From Convolutriloba macropyga (taxonomy: Eukaryota): 64,000 nt of DNA. The notes beneath the pieces were generated by a model, which ran no database searches, was not told the origin of the DNA, and saw only the letters and a list, made by a program, of their open reading frames with translations. Shown in pieces: positions 25,901 to 38,288 of this stretch; position 1 is the stretch's first letter, and every line of letters starts with the position of its first letter. A program made the position numbers and the translations under genes. The DNA lies in assembly GCF_964194025.1 (NCBI RefSeq), contig NC_134473.1:28830001-28894000 (forward strand), written 5' to 3'.

Positions 25901-27751
25901 TTGACTTAATGTTCGAGAAAATAGAGTTGAAATAATAGTGCTAAAAGCAAAAGATCATCTAAACTATAACATTTTCTCACTACATTCATAAAACCCAAGG
26001 CGGTAAAAATTTGAAGACCAAAAGATCCGAAAAGCATCCATAACGGTAACCTGGCAAAATAGCTAAAATTTGCATCAAAAGTTCTAAATGCTCAAAAAAT
26101 ATTCCCAGGACTACAACTATTGACTATAAAGTGTTAAAAAACCACTATGGTGGTGATTAAACTAAAAACTGCTTTGATAAAGCCGCACGAACACACAAAT
26201 TTCCGCTCGCTTTGCGTTTTCACTCCTGTCCACCTGTCGTTCAAAAGTGCGCATGAACAGAACCACTGCTCTTTCTTCTCTCCTCTCTTCAATTCTTTAA
26301 TAAAACGGAATCAATAAAACTGAAATCAATTATTTTTCACGTGCGGCATTGAGTTCTACATTATTCAACTCGACTGATTGAAAAAAATAGACAACCATAG
26401 CTCCTCTTCGAGTCGTAATAGGACTGCAAAAGCAACCGATCGAGAAGAAAAGAGCTGATATTAATCAAAGTTAATTATTCATTTTTCCTGCATTGTCCGT
26501 TTACTTATAGCACCTCGAATGAAACTTAAATGAAGATGTCAACTAAAAACTCTTCAAAAGACAACACGCCTAATGATAATGTTCGAAGTCACTAACACAT
26601 AACACACTAACACTAACACATAAAGCACAATTAAAAAGACAAATTAGCAGCTGACAGCCCCAAACACTTTTCCCACATTGATGAAATTTCTCGTCAAGTA
26701 GCTTCAAAATCGGTCTTTTCACATATATCACTGAAACACGTTTTTAGGAGTAAACATTTAGGGGTTCACTTTACTTGTCTAAAAAACCACTAAAACTGAA
26801 AATTTTTGCAAGTTATCTCCCGCAGAATAGTTATATTTATTTTCTAGAAAGTGGGAGCCAACTACCCAAACAATAAACTAATGCAAATTATTGTGCGCCT
26901 CTAAAAAGTTTTGATTAGAAGTTTAATTTTCAAAAAGAGGAACCCTAACGCCAGGATCACAAAACTCGAATCCAGCAATTGACTAGCGGAATTGAAGAAA
27001 CATAACCGATATAAAAGAATTTTTAGTGTATATATGGAGGGTTACAGTTTTTATCTAAGTATTAAACTCATTTTTTTTGCAAATTCTAAATTTTTTGTAT
27101 CATTTTCATTAATACTGAAAACGTAGTTTGAGTACTTTTCGGAAAAATAAAGTCCCGACAAATAAATTGGAACTCGATGACAATTTGAGTCAACAATTAA
27201 TGACTTTAAAGAAACTCATCAAAACAGACGCAACTTTTACGCAGCTCAAGTGGTTTTCGCGAAAATAATATGTATATTGTTAATATGGAATTTTCAGAGA
27301 AGGTGCAAAAATTGCTGCTTGTTAAAAATCTGTCGTGCGTGTGGTTTTTCAATGACTTTTACAAGTTACATCCGTACCACAAAAGCATGAGTGGAAATCA
27401 AATTTTATTTATTTAGCAACAAATTCGTCATCTCCCTTGTTTTGTAATAAAAATGACAAATATCTAATATCTTAGATCAAAAAAGTCAATATCTTAATGT
27501 CGCAATGAGAAAAGAGATAAAATAAATCGCTTCAGCGATGTCTTGATTTTCACCTTTTTTGTTTCACCCCCAATCATGTAACCCTGATTATTTTACCCTC
27601 TAGCATTTCACCCCGATTTGAATTCATTGTAATTGGTACAAAGATCATTCGACATAAGGGATTCGTAATTTCAAGAGTTTAGCGATTAAGACTCAAAATT
27701 AGATTCGCACGGCTTAAGGCAAGAGTTATTGGTTGAAACGGTTGCGTGCTG
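22914..27751. repeat. Tandem duplication (22914-25601 and 25602-27751); the second copy lacks about 560 bp corresponding to 24601-25158
   Basis: TGTCACGTCCAATCATTTG starts at 22914 and 25602, and both units end GAAACGGTTGCGTGC(TG). The copies are nearly identical. Confidence 0.95.
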
Positions 27752-27879
27752 GAATGACATAGGTAACACAAGGATTCAACTTGTCACTGACATTACTTCT
27801 TTTGTCAAAACTTTTGTCAAAAGGAACAGAAGTGACTTTCGACCAGAGCGGCATAACACAAAACACAATAATCCAAAAC

Positions 27880-28457
27880 NNNNNNNNNNNNNNNNNNNNN
27901 NNNNNNNNNNNNNNNNNNNNNNNNNNNNNNNNNNNNNNNNNNNNNNNNNNNNNNNNNNNNNNNNNNNNNNNNNNNNNNNNNNNNNNNNNNNNNNNNNNNN
28001 NNNNNNNNNNNNNNNNNNNNNNNNNNNNNNNNNNNNNNNNNNNNNNNNNNNNNNNNNNNNNNNNNNNNACTCAAACGTTTCAACCAATAACTCTTGCCTT
28101 AAGTCGTGCGAATCTAATTTTGAGTCTTAATCGCTAAACTCTTGAAAATACGAATCCCTTATGTCGAATGATCTTTGTACCAATTACGATGAATTCAACT
28201 CGGGGTGAAATGCTAGAGGGTGAAATAATCAGGGTTACATGATTGGGGGTGAAACAAAAAAGGTNNNNNNNNNNNNNNNNNNNNNNNNNNNNNNNNNNNN
28301 NNNNNNNNNNNNNNNNNNNNNNNNNNNNNNNNNNNNNNNNNNNNNNNNNNNNNNNNNNNNNNNNNNNNNNNNNNNNNNNNNNNNNNNNNNNNNNNNNNNN
28401 NNNNNNNNNNNNNNNNNNNNNNNNNNNNNNNNNNNNNNNNNNNNNNNNNNNNNNNNN
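27880..28457. other. Two N gaps (27880-28068, 28265-28457) flanking a 196-bp inverted copy of about 27552-27745
   Basis: N runs of 189 and 193 nt. Positions 28069-28264 are the reverse complement of the end of the preceding duplication unit. Confidence 0.9.
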
Positions 28458-28776
28458 AACATTTCATTTTTTGATAGCACATTCGAAAGATAACTCCCAC
28501 CAAAATTAAATGTTTTTTGAGACCACATTTTGACGCCCAACCACGTCAGGCAACGAATTCAACCCTGAGAAAGCTAAGTACTGATCTAAAAAACTGATCA
28601 AAATGAAAACCATTGATCTGCACCATGAGATTTTTTGATGTTTCAGTACTCAAAAATCTAGAAATATTACGAAAACCAACCCAATGTACCAGCAGGAGGG
28701 TTAGCAAACCATCACAAGACATTTAAAGCAGATTCAAAGGATCAAAAGAAAGTCTAAAATTTTATCTTACTATTTA

Positions 28777-29355
28777 CCCCCCCCCCCCCGCGCGCCTTCT
28801 TTGCTTTTCGGATTTGGGGTTTAACACGCCCCAAATTCGCCCAGGCTGGTTGCTTTCCCAGTCCCCGCGTTTTCTTTGCTTTCAATTTTTGGGCTTTTAC
28901 CCGCCCCAAATCCCTCAGGCTGGTTGCCTTCAATCCGCGCGCTTTCTTTGCTTCGGTTTTTGGGGTTACACCCGCCCCGAATTCCCCCGGTTGGTTGCCA
29001 TCCCAACACCCCGCGCTTTTATTGCTTTCGGTTTTCGGGGTTTTACCCGCCCCAAGTCCCCCTCCCCGTTTGGTTGCCTTCCCAACCCCCCCCCCCCCCC
29101 GCTTTGTTCGCTTTTCGTTTTTGGGGTTTTACCCGACCCAAATCCCCCAAGTTTGGTTGCCTTCCCAGCCCCCGCGCTTTCTCTGCTTCGGTTTTTGGGG
29201 GTTTACCCGCCCCGAATTCCCCCCGGTTGGTTGCCTTCACCATACCTCACGCTTTCTTTGTTTTCTGTTTTTGGGGGTTTTACCCGCCCCGAACTCCACC
29301 GGTTGGTTGCCTTCCCAACCCCCCGCACTTTCTTTGCTTTTCGTTTCTTTGGGTA
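28777..29355. repeat. GC-rich minisatellite, unit about 75 bp, about 8 copies
   Basis: Recurring CCCGCGCTTTCTTTGCTTTTCGGTTTTTGGGGTTTTACCCGCCCCAAATTCCCCCGGTTGGTTGCCTTCCCAA. The overlapping ORFs here are by-products of the repeat. Confidence 0.92.
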
Positions 29356-29444
29356 ACTTACAAACCTCAAATTCCACAGCCTGATTACTATCTCAATCTT
29401 TATGCAATTCAATAATAGGTGTGGACTTATTGGTAAAATTTGTT

Positions 29445-29735
29445 TCAGGTAGATTGCCGGTAACGAGCAACAGAGTTACCAATATTTAGAAGGTAGGTAT
29501 AAGTAGGTATAAGTTGCAGCAGGTATTTAGAAGGTAAAATTTGGGAGCTTGAAGGTAGGTACGTTTGGTATAAGTTTGAAGGTAGGTAGCAGGTGTTAGT
29601 TAGTTAGCTGTATTATTAACAACCTGTAAGTATGTTTCTTAAGTATAAGTTTTAGCAGATAGGTAGAAGGTAACAGGTAGGCATCTAACAAGTAGGTAAC
29701 TGGTAAGTGTAGAAACATCTAGATAGCGCCGGTAA
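29445..29735. repeat. Low-complexity (AGGT/AAGT)n-like tract
   Basis: Dense AGGTAGGT, AAGTAGGT and GAAGGTAG motifs. Confidence 0.7.
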
Positions 29736-32700
29736 GTGGCCCTTAGAAAAGGTTTGTCTTCGATAGATGAATCAGAAGATGTTGACATACTACAAGAAAC
29801 AGTCGACGAGATAAAAGAGCAGCAGCGAAAAAATGAAACCGTAGTGTCTCAATTGATAAATCTTATTCATCCATCAGAACAGAGCAATTGTTCTTGCGAA
29901 CATAGTCGTCTTAAGATAGAAGTTTAAAAACGTATCGATAATTTCAAAAAATACGTCAAAGAGAAGTCAAAAATAATTAATTGAGAGGACTTCAGACTCA
30001 GTGTTGGTGCAACCAAGAGAGCTAATTGTCCCCCGAACAGCTCTAATTTTCAATTTTCTAATTCAGTTTAACCCTGAATCCTTCACTTGGCCCACTCCTC
30101 AGAGAATTTTCCCTGAAACATTGTAACGCAACAAGCAATAACTTAGATAATCAAGGGCTTTTAAAGGTCGAAAGCTCAAACCAATGTTCAGCCAGCGCAA
30201 TGTAAGTATGCTTCCAAAAATCTGTCCCGAAGCTGCCCCCAGAAACTTTCAACGGTGATACAATGAAGTGGAAAAAAACGTATAGCATTTTCAAAGCGAC
30301 TATCGATCAATCACCCATGTACTGAGCTAAAAATGATCCATTTGCAATCACTGCTCACAGAGGAAGCTAACGCACTAGTTCATTGCTAGAGTTGCAACGG
30401 TGATTAATACGCAGCAGCCCTATGAAGACTAAGAACACTTTGGCAATTCAAAGAGGATTTTCAATGCTTTTCTTGACAAGTTGTCGAACTTTAGAAACCC
30501 AAATTTATCAAATCCGAAAAGTTATGCACAGTACTCCTCGTTCATTCTAACGATTGTCGATACCTTTCAACAAGTGGGTTTAATTCATGATCATCGCTCC
30601 ACTCTCAATAGTAACATAGCTTTAACAAAACTACCAAATTCAGTCAGACTCGAAAGGAACCGCTACGTCCTCGAAAAAACCGTCACACAGCCATCCACAC
30701 CAACGCGTTTGTTGCGTGGCTCATGAACTTTGCAAAATCATGCCGAGATTTACCAACAATCTCCAACTTCCCACCTTCTCAAAATATTGGTGTTCATAAA
30801 ATGGCTTGGAAAATGTCGCACTCTACTAAAAAATGATAATGCGAATGCAAAGCACCAATTCTTGAGTAGCAAGGAAAAAGGCAATTTCAATTTAAAACGA
30901 AAGAAAGCTTTAGTTGTCCGAACAATGCCAACTGCCAATTCTTCTACAAATGCATTCATTTCCAAGCAATGAGTCCCCTGAAACGAAAAGATCATGTACT
31001 GAAGCAAAAGATTGTGTCAATTGTTTTGGGCATCTTGTTGATCAATGGAGTTCAAAAAATGTGCTGAAAAGACAAATATTCAAAAGGGTGCCGCAAAGGA
31101 CACAACACTCTTGCATGCTAGTTTTATGCACAATAGCAAATCAAACGTTAAACCAGTGTAATTTGTTTGAACAGGCCGGGTAGCATTTGTCGCAGTTCAA
31201 CTGGTAAATGCAAACAGTCCGTAAGAACACACGCATATCTAGACAACGGAAGCTGTCAAAATCTCTTCTGAAATCATCAGCAAAAGCTATTGGTCTTAAC
31301 CTCGAAAAAACAGGTAAAATGCCTATAAGTGGTTACCACACGCCCAAGGAGATTAATTGCTCTGAAGTTTGCCAATAGATGCCAACCTTAGAGCCAATAG
31401 ATAAATCTGTCAGACTGAATGATGCTATAGCAGTACCAGATTTGAACAGGTCCGCAGTAAATGTAGCTCAAATAAACGCTTTGTGCAAAAATTATGACCA
31501 TCTCAAACATAAAAATTTTCCTCAACTTGAAGGGATCGATGTTTCAATTATTATAGTCATTGACAACCTTAGACTTGATTCACTATAAACAAATTATAAA
31601 GGGTCCAAAAAAGGCACCATTAAATCTGAAATCATCAGCAAAAGCTTTTGGTCTTAACCTCGAAAAAACAGATAAAATGCCTATAAGTGGTTACCACGCG
31701 CCCAAGGAGATTAATTGCTCTGAAGTTTGCTTTGACATAGAGCCAATAGATAGCTCTGTCGAATCTGTCAGACTGAATGATTCTATAGCAGTACCAGATT
31801 TGAACAGGTCCGCAGTAAGTGTAGCTCAAATAAACGCTTTGTGCAAAAATCATGATCATCTCAATCATAAAAATTTTCCTCAGCTTGAAGGGATCGATGT
31901 TTCAATTATTATAGTCATTGACAACCTTAGACTTGATTTACTATAAACAAATTATAAAGGGTCCAAAAATGGCACCATGGGACGTTGAAACTCCAAAAAG
32001 CTGAACGTGCGCTGCCCAAAACGAATTTAGTTTTGAATGAGTCTACTTGTACGGTATACTCAGGTGCAAAATTGCCCTAATATGGACGACACTTTCCAAA
32101 TTGCCAAAAATTGGATGAAACCTGAAAATTTAGGCATTGCGTCGCCCCGAAAAGCTTTGTCCGAAAACGATAAAAGCTATTGAGAATTTTGAGTCCACAG
32201 CAAAGATCGTTGGCGGTCAATATCAGATAGGTTCCTCTGGAAGCAAGGTGTATTTCTGCCCAACAACAGATGGGTAGCATTGAAACAACTTGATCAATTA
32301 GATCAAAAACATTCTGAAAATCCGCAACTGGCGGAAAATTACCAGGCTACTCATGAAGCAGACTTGGGAAAAGGATACGTTGTTAAAGTTCATGATGTGA
32401 GCTCCCTAACAGATAAGGTCTCTTCTGCCAATCACCCAGTGACCAATGAAAATAAACATGGTAAGGTTCGTAGAGTTGCAAACGCTTCCAGCATTTTCCA
32501 GGGTCAGTCCTTGGCTCTAATTTACTGAAAGGGCCAGATCTGCTCATCAACTTAACTGGTGTCATCATGAGGTTTCGTGAAAATCGAATCGCGCTGTTCG
32601 CAGACATAGAACTAATGTTCATGCAAGTAAAGTTGACCCTAAAAACCTGCCCCTCCACAGCGGAAAAGGTCAGAGCGGAACACTTAAATGGACGACTTGT

Positions 32701-35090
32701 AAGTTGCCGTATCGGGTCAAAATGAAGCTACGAAAAATGCCCATTTAACTTGCAAGGTTCCTGCTACTGCTGGTTTTAATCCAACGAAGTGGAAATCAAA
32801 TAGTCGACAAGTTATTGACCTTCTGAATCCTGATATCCGACTTAATCCAGAAATATACGCACCACAAATTCCAACAGTTCTTAGTCTACCCTGGTTTCCA
32901 GAAACGGACACATTTTTTATAGAACAAAACTGTTCCGTAAGATCAAATTCGATGAAAAAACGAGTCAGCTTAAATTATTTTGCTTTGTTGCTTTCATCTT
33001 TGATCCCTTAGAAATTATCCCAAAGTTCTCCAAGCGGCATGGAACCACGATCCAAAATGGGACAAACCATTACAGCTCAAACCATTACAGATTTCTGATT
33101 TCGAAAATCTGAAAAAGGAATTTTCGTTTTTTCATGATGTACATCTTCCTCGCAAGTTCTTAAACAAGATACCTACTTCATCAATTGAACAACACATGTT
33201 TACAGGTGCATCCGAGTTAGCATTACTGTTATCCGCCACTCTGTTATCTACGAATGGAACAGACAGTCGAGTCCTTCTCGCATTTCTGTTTGGTAAAGCA
33301 AGAGTTGCGCTAATAAAACGGATGAAGATTTCTACTTTGGAACTACAGGCTGCATTATATGGTGCTCAACTAGCTCAATGCCAAAGATGAGATGGATATT
33401 GAGATCCAAAAACAGGTTTTTTGGTCTGATAGTACGACAGTTTTATACTCGCTACGGACACCTGAGATTCGTCATCGGATCGTCAGTGCTTACAGACTGA
33501 GCGAAAATTTGGATGTTTCCTCTGCCCGAGACTGGTTCTACATTTCGTCTGCCAGAAACTCCGCAGATTATGCGACCCAAGGCTACAACGTTTGCCAGAT
33601 GAACATCAGCTCACGTTGGCTGTTAGGCCCCTCCTTTTCGTCTCAAAATAAAAACACGTGGCCGAAACAGGATTTACTTTTTGCTCAATTTCTGTAAAAG
33701 TTATAATGGCAGAACAAATAAAAGAACTGAAATGCAAAATAGATATATTGCGTTTCAGCAATTGGAATCGTTTACTTGGAGATGAAGCGCATTGCTTTCT
33801 GTTTGCAGGTAAATGCAGAAAACAGGAATCCACGTTATTACTAGCACATTATACAAAAGCTTACAATTAATTGATAAAAAGTGCTCCACATCAAGATTTT
33901 AAATAGGAAAATTCAAACTTAAGAAAAGGTACACTGAGGTATCATCAACCAGTAGAATTGTCGCTTTATCGCCATTTGTTGATCATAACCAGCACTTGCG
34001 TGCTCGAGGACGATTGTCCAAAGCATTGAGACTATAAATCGCGCGCTTTCCGTTGATTCCCGACGGATACAACCAGAGTGTTAGACTACCGATAAAACAC
34101 ATCCATCAAACAAACATGCATTGTGGTACAGAACAAACTAGAAGCTCTCTAATTGAAAATTACAGGATTCTTAGGTGTAGGAAGGTAGTAAAACAAACAG
34201 TTAGTCAATGTATTCCATGCAGACGAATGATACAGGAAGCAGCTGTCCCTCCAAATGGCTGACCTCCCAGAGTTCATCTGACCAGCGAGTTCATCTCACT
34301 TCCCAGAGTTCATCTGACCAGCGCTGTCCATCTAGAAGTGGCCGTCGACTTGACAACAGATTCAACAATTAATTGCAGCATCCGTCGCTTTATAAGGCTT
34401 ACAGGAAAACAGTTTTTTTACCGATTGTGGAAAATCTTTTGTGGGATCAAATAACTCTTTGCAATCCAGTATTTCAACCTTTAGAGATTGCCAGAATTTT
34501 GGTAGTCATTTGCATCTGATGCAGGTGAAAATTGAGTGGTTGTTCAACCCTCCTTTGGTGGAAGTTGGGAACGCCTAGTACAGATATTTGAGTTATCTCT
34601 GTACAAAGTAATTGGGTCTAGAACCCTTTCAGATGATATTTTGTGGAGACTAGTCTATGAGATTAAATTCAATATGAAATCCGGACCCCTAACTAATGTT
34701 CCGAGTGTAAAAAACGATCCTCTGCCTCTCACGCCTAACCACATTTTACTTGGAAGAGCGTCAGTTAACTGCCCTCCTGGTCTTTTCGAACCAAAAAAGT
34801 CACGGTGTTCAGGTCCTGGAAATCTGCTCAAAACTAGATTCGCACTTTTTGAGTAGATTTCGTCGCGAATACATCCCTAATCAACAGACTAGGCCGAAGT
34901 GCAACAAAAATTTTGAAAACCTGAAGGTAAATGATTTGGTATGGATACCGCGATGTCTCTGCCCTCTTTCAAAAGTTCTAGAAATTTACCCCGGTTCAGA
35001 TGGTGTAGTACGCTCATTAAAACTGAGAATTCCACATGGTGAGAAAGTAAGACCAGTCATCAAGCTAAGCATAGTTTTAATAAACAAACG
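29736..35090 (+). mobile_element. Old, heavily degenerate BEL/Pao LTR retrotransposon internal region
   Basis: Fragments occur in BEL order: gag (ETFNGD..KW, about 30240), protease region, RT (GKVRRVANAS, LLKGPDLL, FADIELMF), RNase H (ARVA...LELQAA, FWSDSTTVL) and integrase (H..H..C..C, GGSWERLV, PLTPNHILLG, GSDGVVRS, RPVIKL). Many stops and frameshifts; no paired LTRs seen. Confidence 0.9.
31267..31978 (+). repeat. Internal tandem duplication of about 358 bp in the BEL relic
   Basis: CTGAAATCATCAGCAAAAGCT occurs at about 31268 and about 31626, and the translation IAVPDLNRSAV..AQINALCKN is duplicated. Confidence 0.9.
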
Positions 35091-35908
35091 AATTGAATTG
35101 TTCTCGTTGTCACGAGCAGATGTATTCTTTAGTTTTTCAATAGGGAAAGGTTTAGAAGCGTAAGTCAAGTCGTCTCTAAAAGTTGATGCAAGCAATCACA
35201 TTATTTTAATATTCAACATCAACTATCTAAGTTTGCAATGAATAGACATTCACGGTTACATTATTTGCCGTCCCTTTTGCGCACCAATTGGATATTATTT
35301 TGCTCAAATTCATTTGTCCCTTTTTCAGTGGCCCATACGGTTAGTTCCTCCCAAATTTCCTCTTCCGATTATTATATTTGCGATTGGTTACTTATCCTGT
35401 TAATTTAATTTTATATCGATATGATGCAGAACGACAATAGTTCGTAATCCTACAATTGGGGCCGAGGATGTCATTGCCATGACTTCTTTTGTCGAAAACC
35501 GACGGTATTGACTTTCGACAAGAGCGGAATAACACAAAACACAATCATCCAAAACAGTCGCAATCAAAGGAAACTAATATATATAATCTAAATCAAAATA
35601 ACAAACAACATTTTTAAATAGCATATTCGAAAGATAACCCCCACAGAAATTAATTTTTTTCGACATCACACACCTGATGAACGCAGCTACATCTGTTTCC
35701 ACGGGATTTTTATTGACAGTAATTATTTCCTCGAAGAAAATTATAAAGTAAATATAATTTTCGATCCAATTAATTAATGTCTTCAGCATCATACTGCACA
35801 GGAACAAATGTTAACAGTACGGAAAATCATATTCTGTCTTGTATCTGTTGCCATATAAGTTTACAACAGTTCATTTCTCAATGATACGAAAGTCACGAGA
35901 GGTATACT

Positions 35909-36357
35909 TCAGTTCAAGTTTTCCTTCTTTGCCGTACGTTTTCTGCAGCAGCAGTAATATAGACCCATAAAAAACAGAACAACCGTGCTCGTTAAAACTC
36001 CCAAGAACAAATACAACATGAAGTACAACATTTCAGCCACATCGACCAGGCGCGGCGGGTCAACCACTTTGATCTCACCTCGTTCAACTTGTTCCACGAT
36101 CTCAGCCGCCTTTTCAAAGCCACCCAAAGACGTCATAATATTCTTGCTCTTTTTCAGGCTGTCGCGTATTTGTGCATTTTGTTCGGGAGAGAGAATCAGT
36201 TCCATTTTGCGCGATATTTCAGCGAATGAAAGTTCGACCAGAGGCAGAGCCAAATTATGTTCAACTAATTGATGAGCGTTAAAAGGCTGGTCCCCGAATC
36301 CAGGGAAAACTAACATCGGGGTCTCTGAGTAAATTCCCTCTTGCAGAGAGTTCGCAC
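35909..36357 (-). CDS. UDP-glycosyltransferase B, exon 2
   Basis: Encodes (G)ANSLQEGIYSETPMLVFPGFGDQPFNA, a TM helix and CCCRKRTAKKENLN*. Acceptor TTCCAG ends at 36358 and is phase-compatible with the exon ending at 55840. Confidence 0.9.
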
Positions 36358-37506
36358 CTGGAACGGAATAGGGTTCTAGGCAAATTATCAAAGCATCTTC
36401 AAAACGAGGTAATCACACGCAACTAAAATTGGGAAAATCTATGAAATTAAAATTTTTAGATTCCCAGCAAACATTAGCATCTTCCTAGCATATTTTACAA
36501 CCATGTATAATAAATAGTGGAACAATATATAAGATTGGTTTGCTTAACAGAATTGAATTCCTGAGGCAAAGAAATTATTCAGCAGCTTTCGCAACAATTT
36601 AGCTGTAAATTAAAACCTAGAAAGAGATAGAACTTTATTCTAATTTTCATCCACTCGCATTAGCTAAAAGCACTTCGTTCTTTCGCATTGGCCAGCAAAC
36701 CGTCCCTCAATTAGTAGACAACTTTCACATTTGAAGAAAAAATCACTTGCATGTTGACATAAAGAACTGACAAAATAGCTTTAGAGTTAAAATACCGGAA
36801 CAGAATATGTATTTGTTCTAATGTTACTAGCATAATCACTTTTTTCTCATTGATGGTTAATCCATTTATATGAACAGTCATCGTACTTTAGATTACATGT
36901 TGCATATCCTGCTCAAAATATGGCCGAACATTTGGCCCTTCCAAACAATCCAACATTCTCCCACGGTTACGGAGGAAAGAAAAATCTAAATATTTGCGCA
37001 ACTGCCAGATATCGTCGGTTCGTTAATACGAATTCTAATAATCTTACCAAAAATCCTTTGCCAATTAAATTATAGGCGCTCTCAATGAAAAAAATCAGAA
37101 AGATGACCCCACAAACTCACGTAGTTTTTGTCTACTTATGCCACATCTTGTTCCACTAACAGATTATTAAAGCTGCCTAGACATTTGTTGAAATGAAGAG
37201 TTCAATTTGCAAAAATCCATTCAACACGGAATGGAGCTAATTTTGAATTCTTAAAAATTGTGTAATTCAATTTAAGGTCACAAGTTTTTGTACCTGTTCA
37301 TGCGCGTACCTTTATCGTGTACATGGCTAAAATCGAATCGCTGTTATTTACCCGAATAAAAAGGTTAAAAACAAAGAAAGCTAGTAATAACGAAATTGTC
37401 TTCGTTTTTTTATAGTTTAAGAAAACAATGGATTTGCCAAAATTGCGTCAAAAGAAGAATTATATAAAAAATTTGTACTCAAGGAATTTACAATCAGAAA
37501 AAAATA

Positions 37507-38288
37507 TCTGTTCATTGTTAAAAATTTGGTTATTACTGTCACCGCAGTAAAAATTATAGAAAGAAGATTTGATGGAAATCCTGTTTCCTTTTTCAGTTTT
37601 CTAAAAAATCTAAATTATCCCCTCTAGAGAATAGGCGAAATGTTTATTGTTGGGTTTTTCTCAAACTAAATCAATTTTTCTGTACATTTGCATTGAAAAA
37701 AATTTCTTTTTCAATTCTTTTTGTTTATCTAAAGAAGCTTTTTGACATGCGCTTTTTTGCAAAACTTATCAAAACCCTTTAATTTTTCTTACCCATTTGG
37801 ATACCCATCTAGATGTGTCTCACAGTTTTTCCAGTAACACATTTTTCTCTCAATCAACTTATCAGTCATATGTTTTCGTTTTTTTTCTAAGTTGATTGAC
37901 AGATAAAAATGTGTTACCGGAAAGACTGTGAGACACATCTAGATGGGTATCCAAATGGGTCAACGAAATAATTTCTATGACTTCCAGTGTCATTGCCCCA
38001 AGAAAAGAAAAATTAAAGGGTTTTGATAAGTTTTGCAAAAAAAGCGCATGTCAAAAAGCTTCTTTAGAAAAACAAAAAGAATTGAAAAAGAAATTTTTTT
38101 TCAACACAAATTTACAGAAAAATTGATTTAGTTTGAGAAAAACCCAACAATAAAAATTTTCCTCTTCTCTAGAGGGAATATTTTAGTGCTTTCTCAATAA
38201 ACTGAAAAAAGAAAGAGGATATCCATCAAATCTTCTAGATTTGCAAACTGCGGTGACAGTAATAACCAATTTTTGAACAATGAACAGA
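37507..38288. repeat. Long foldback / inverted repeat: arms about 350-400 bp, 28-nt spacer (MITE/foldback-like)
   Basis: 37507-37860 is the reverse complement of 37889-38288, apart from an extra segment of about 44 bp at 37961-38004. It includes a perfect match of ACCCATTTGGATACCCATCTAGATGTGTCTCACAG. Confidence 0.93.

Noticed and set aside
27729-28540. ORFs containing X runs
   Set aside because: Artefacts of the N gaps.
28814-29415. Pro/Phe/Gly-rich ORFs of 129-180 aa in three frames
   Set aside because: Translation of an A-poor minisatellite that lacks stop codons; no protein signal.
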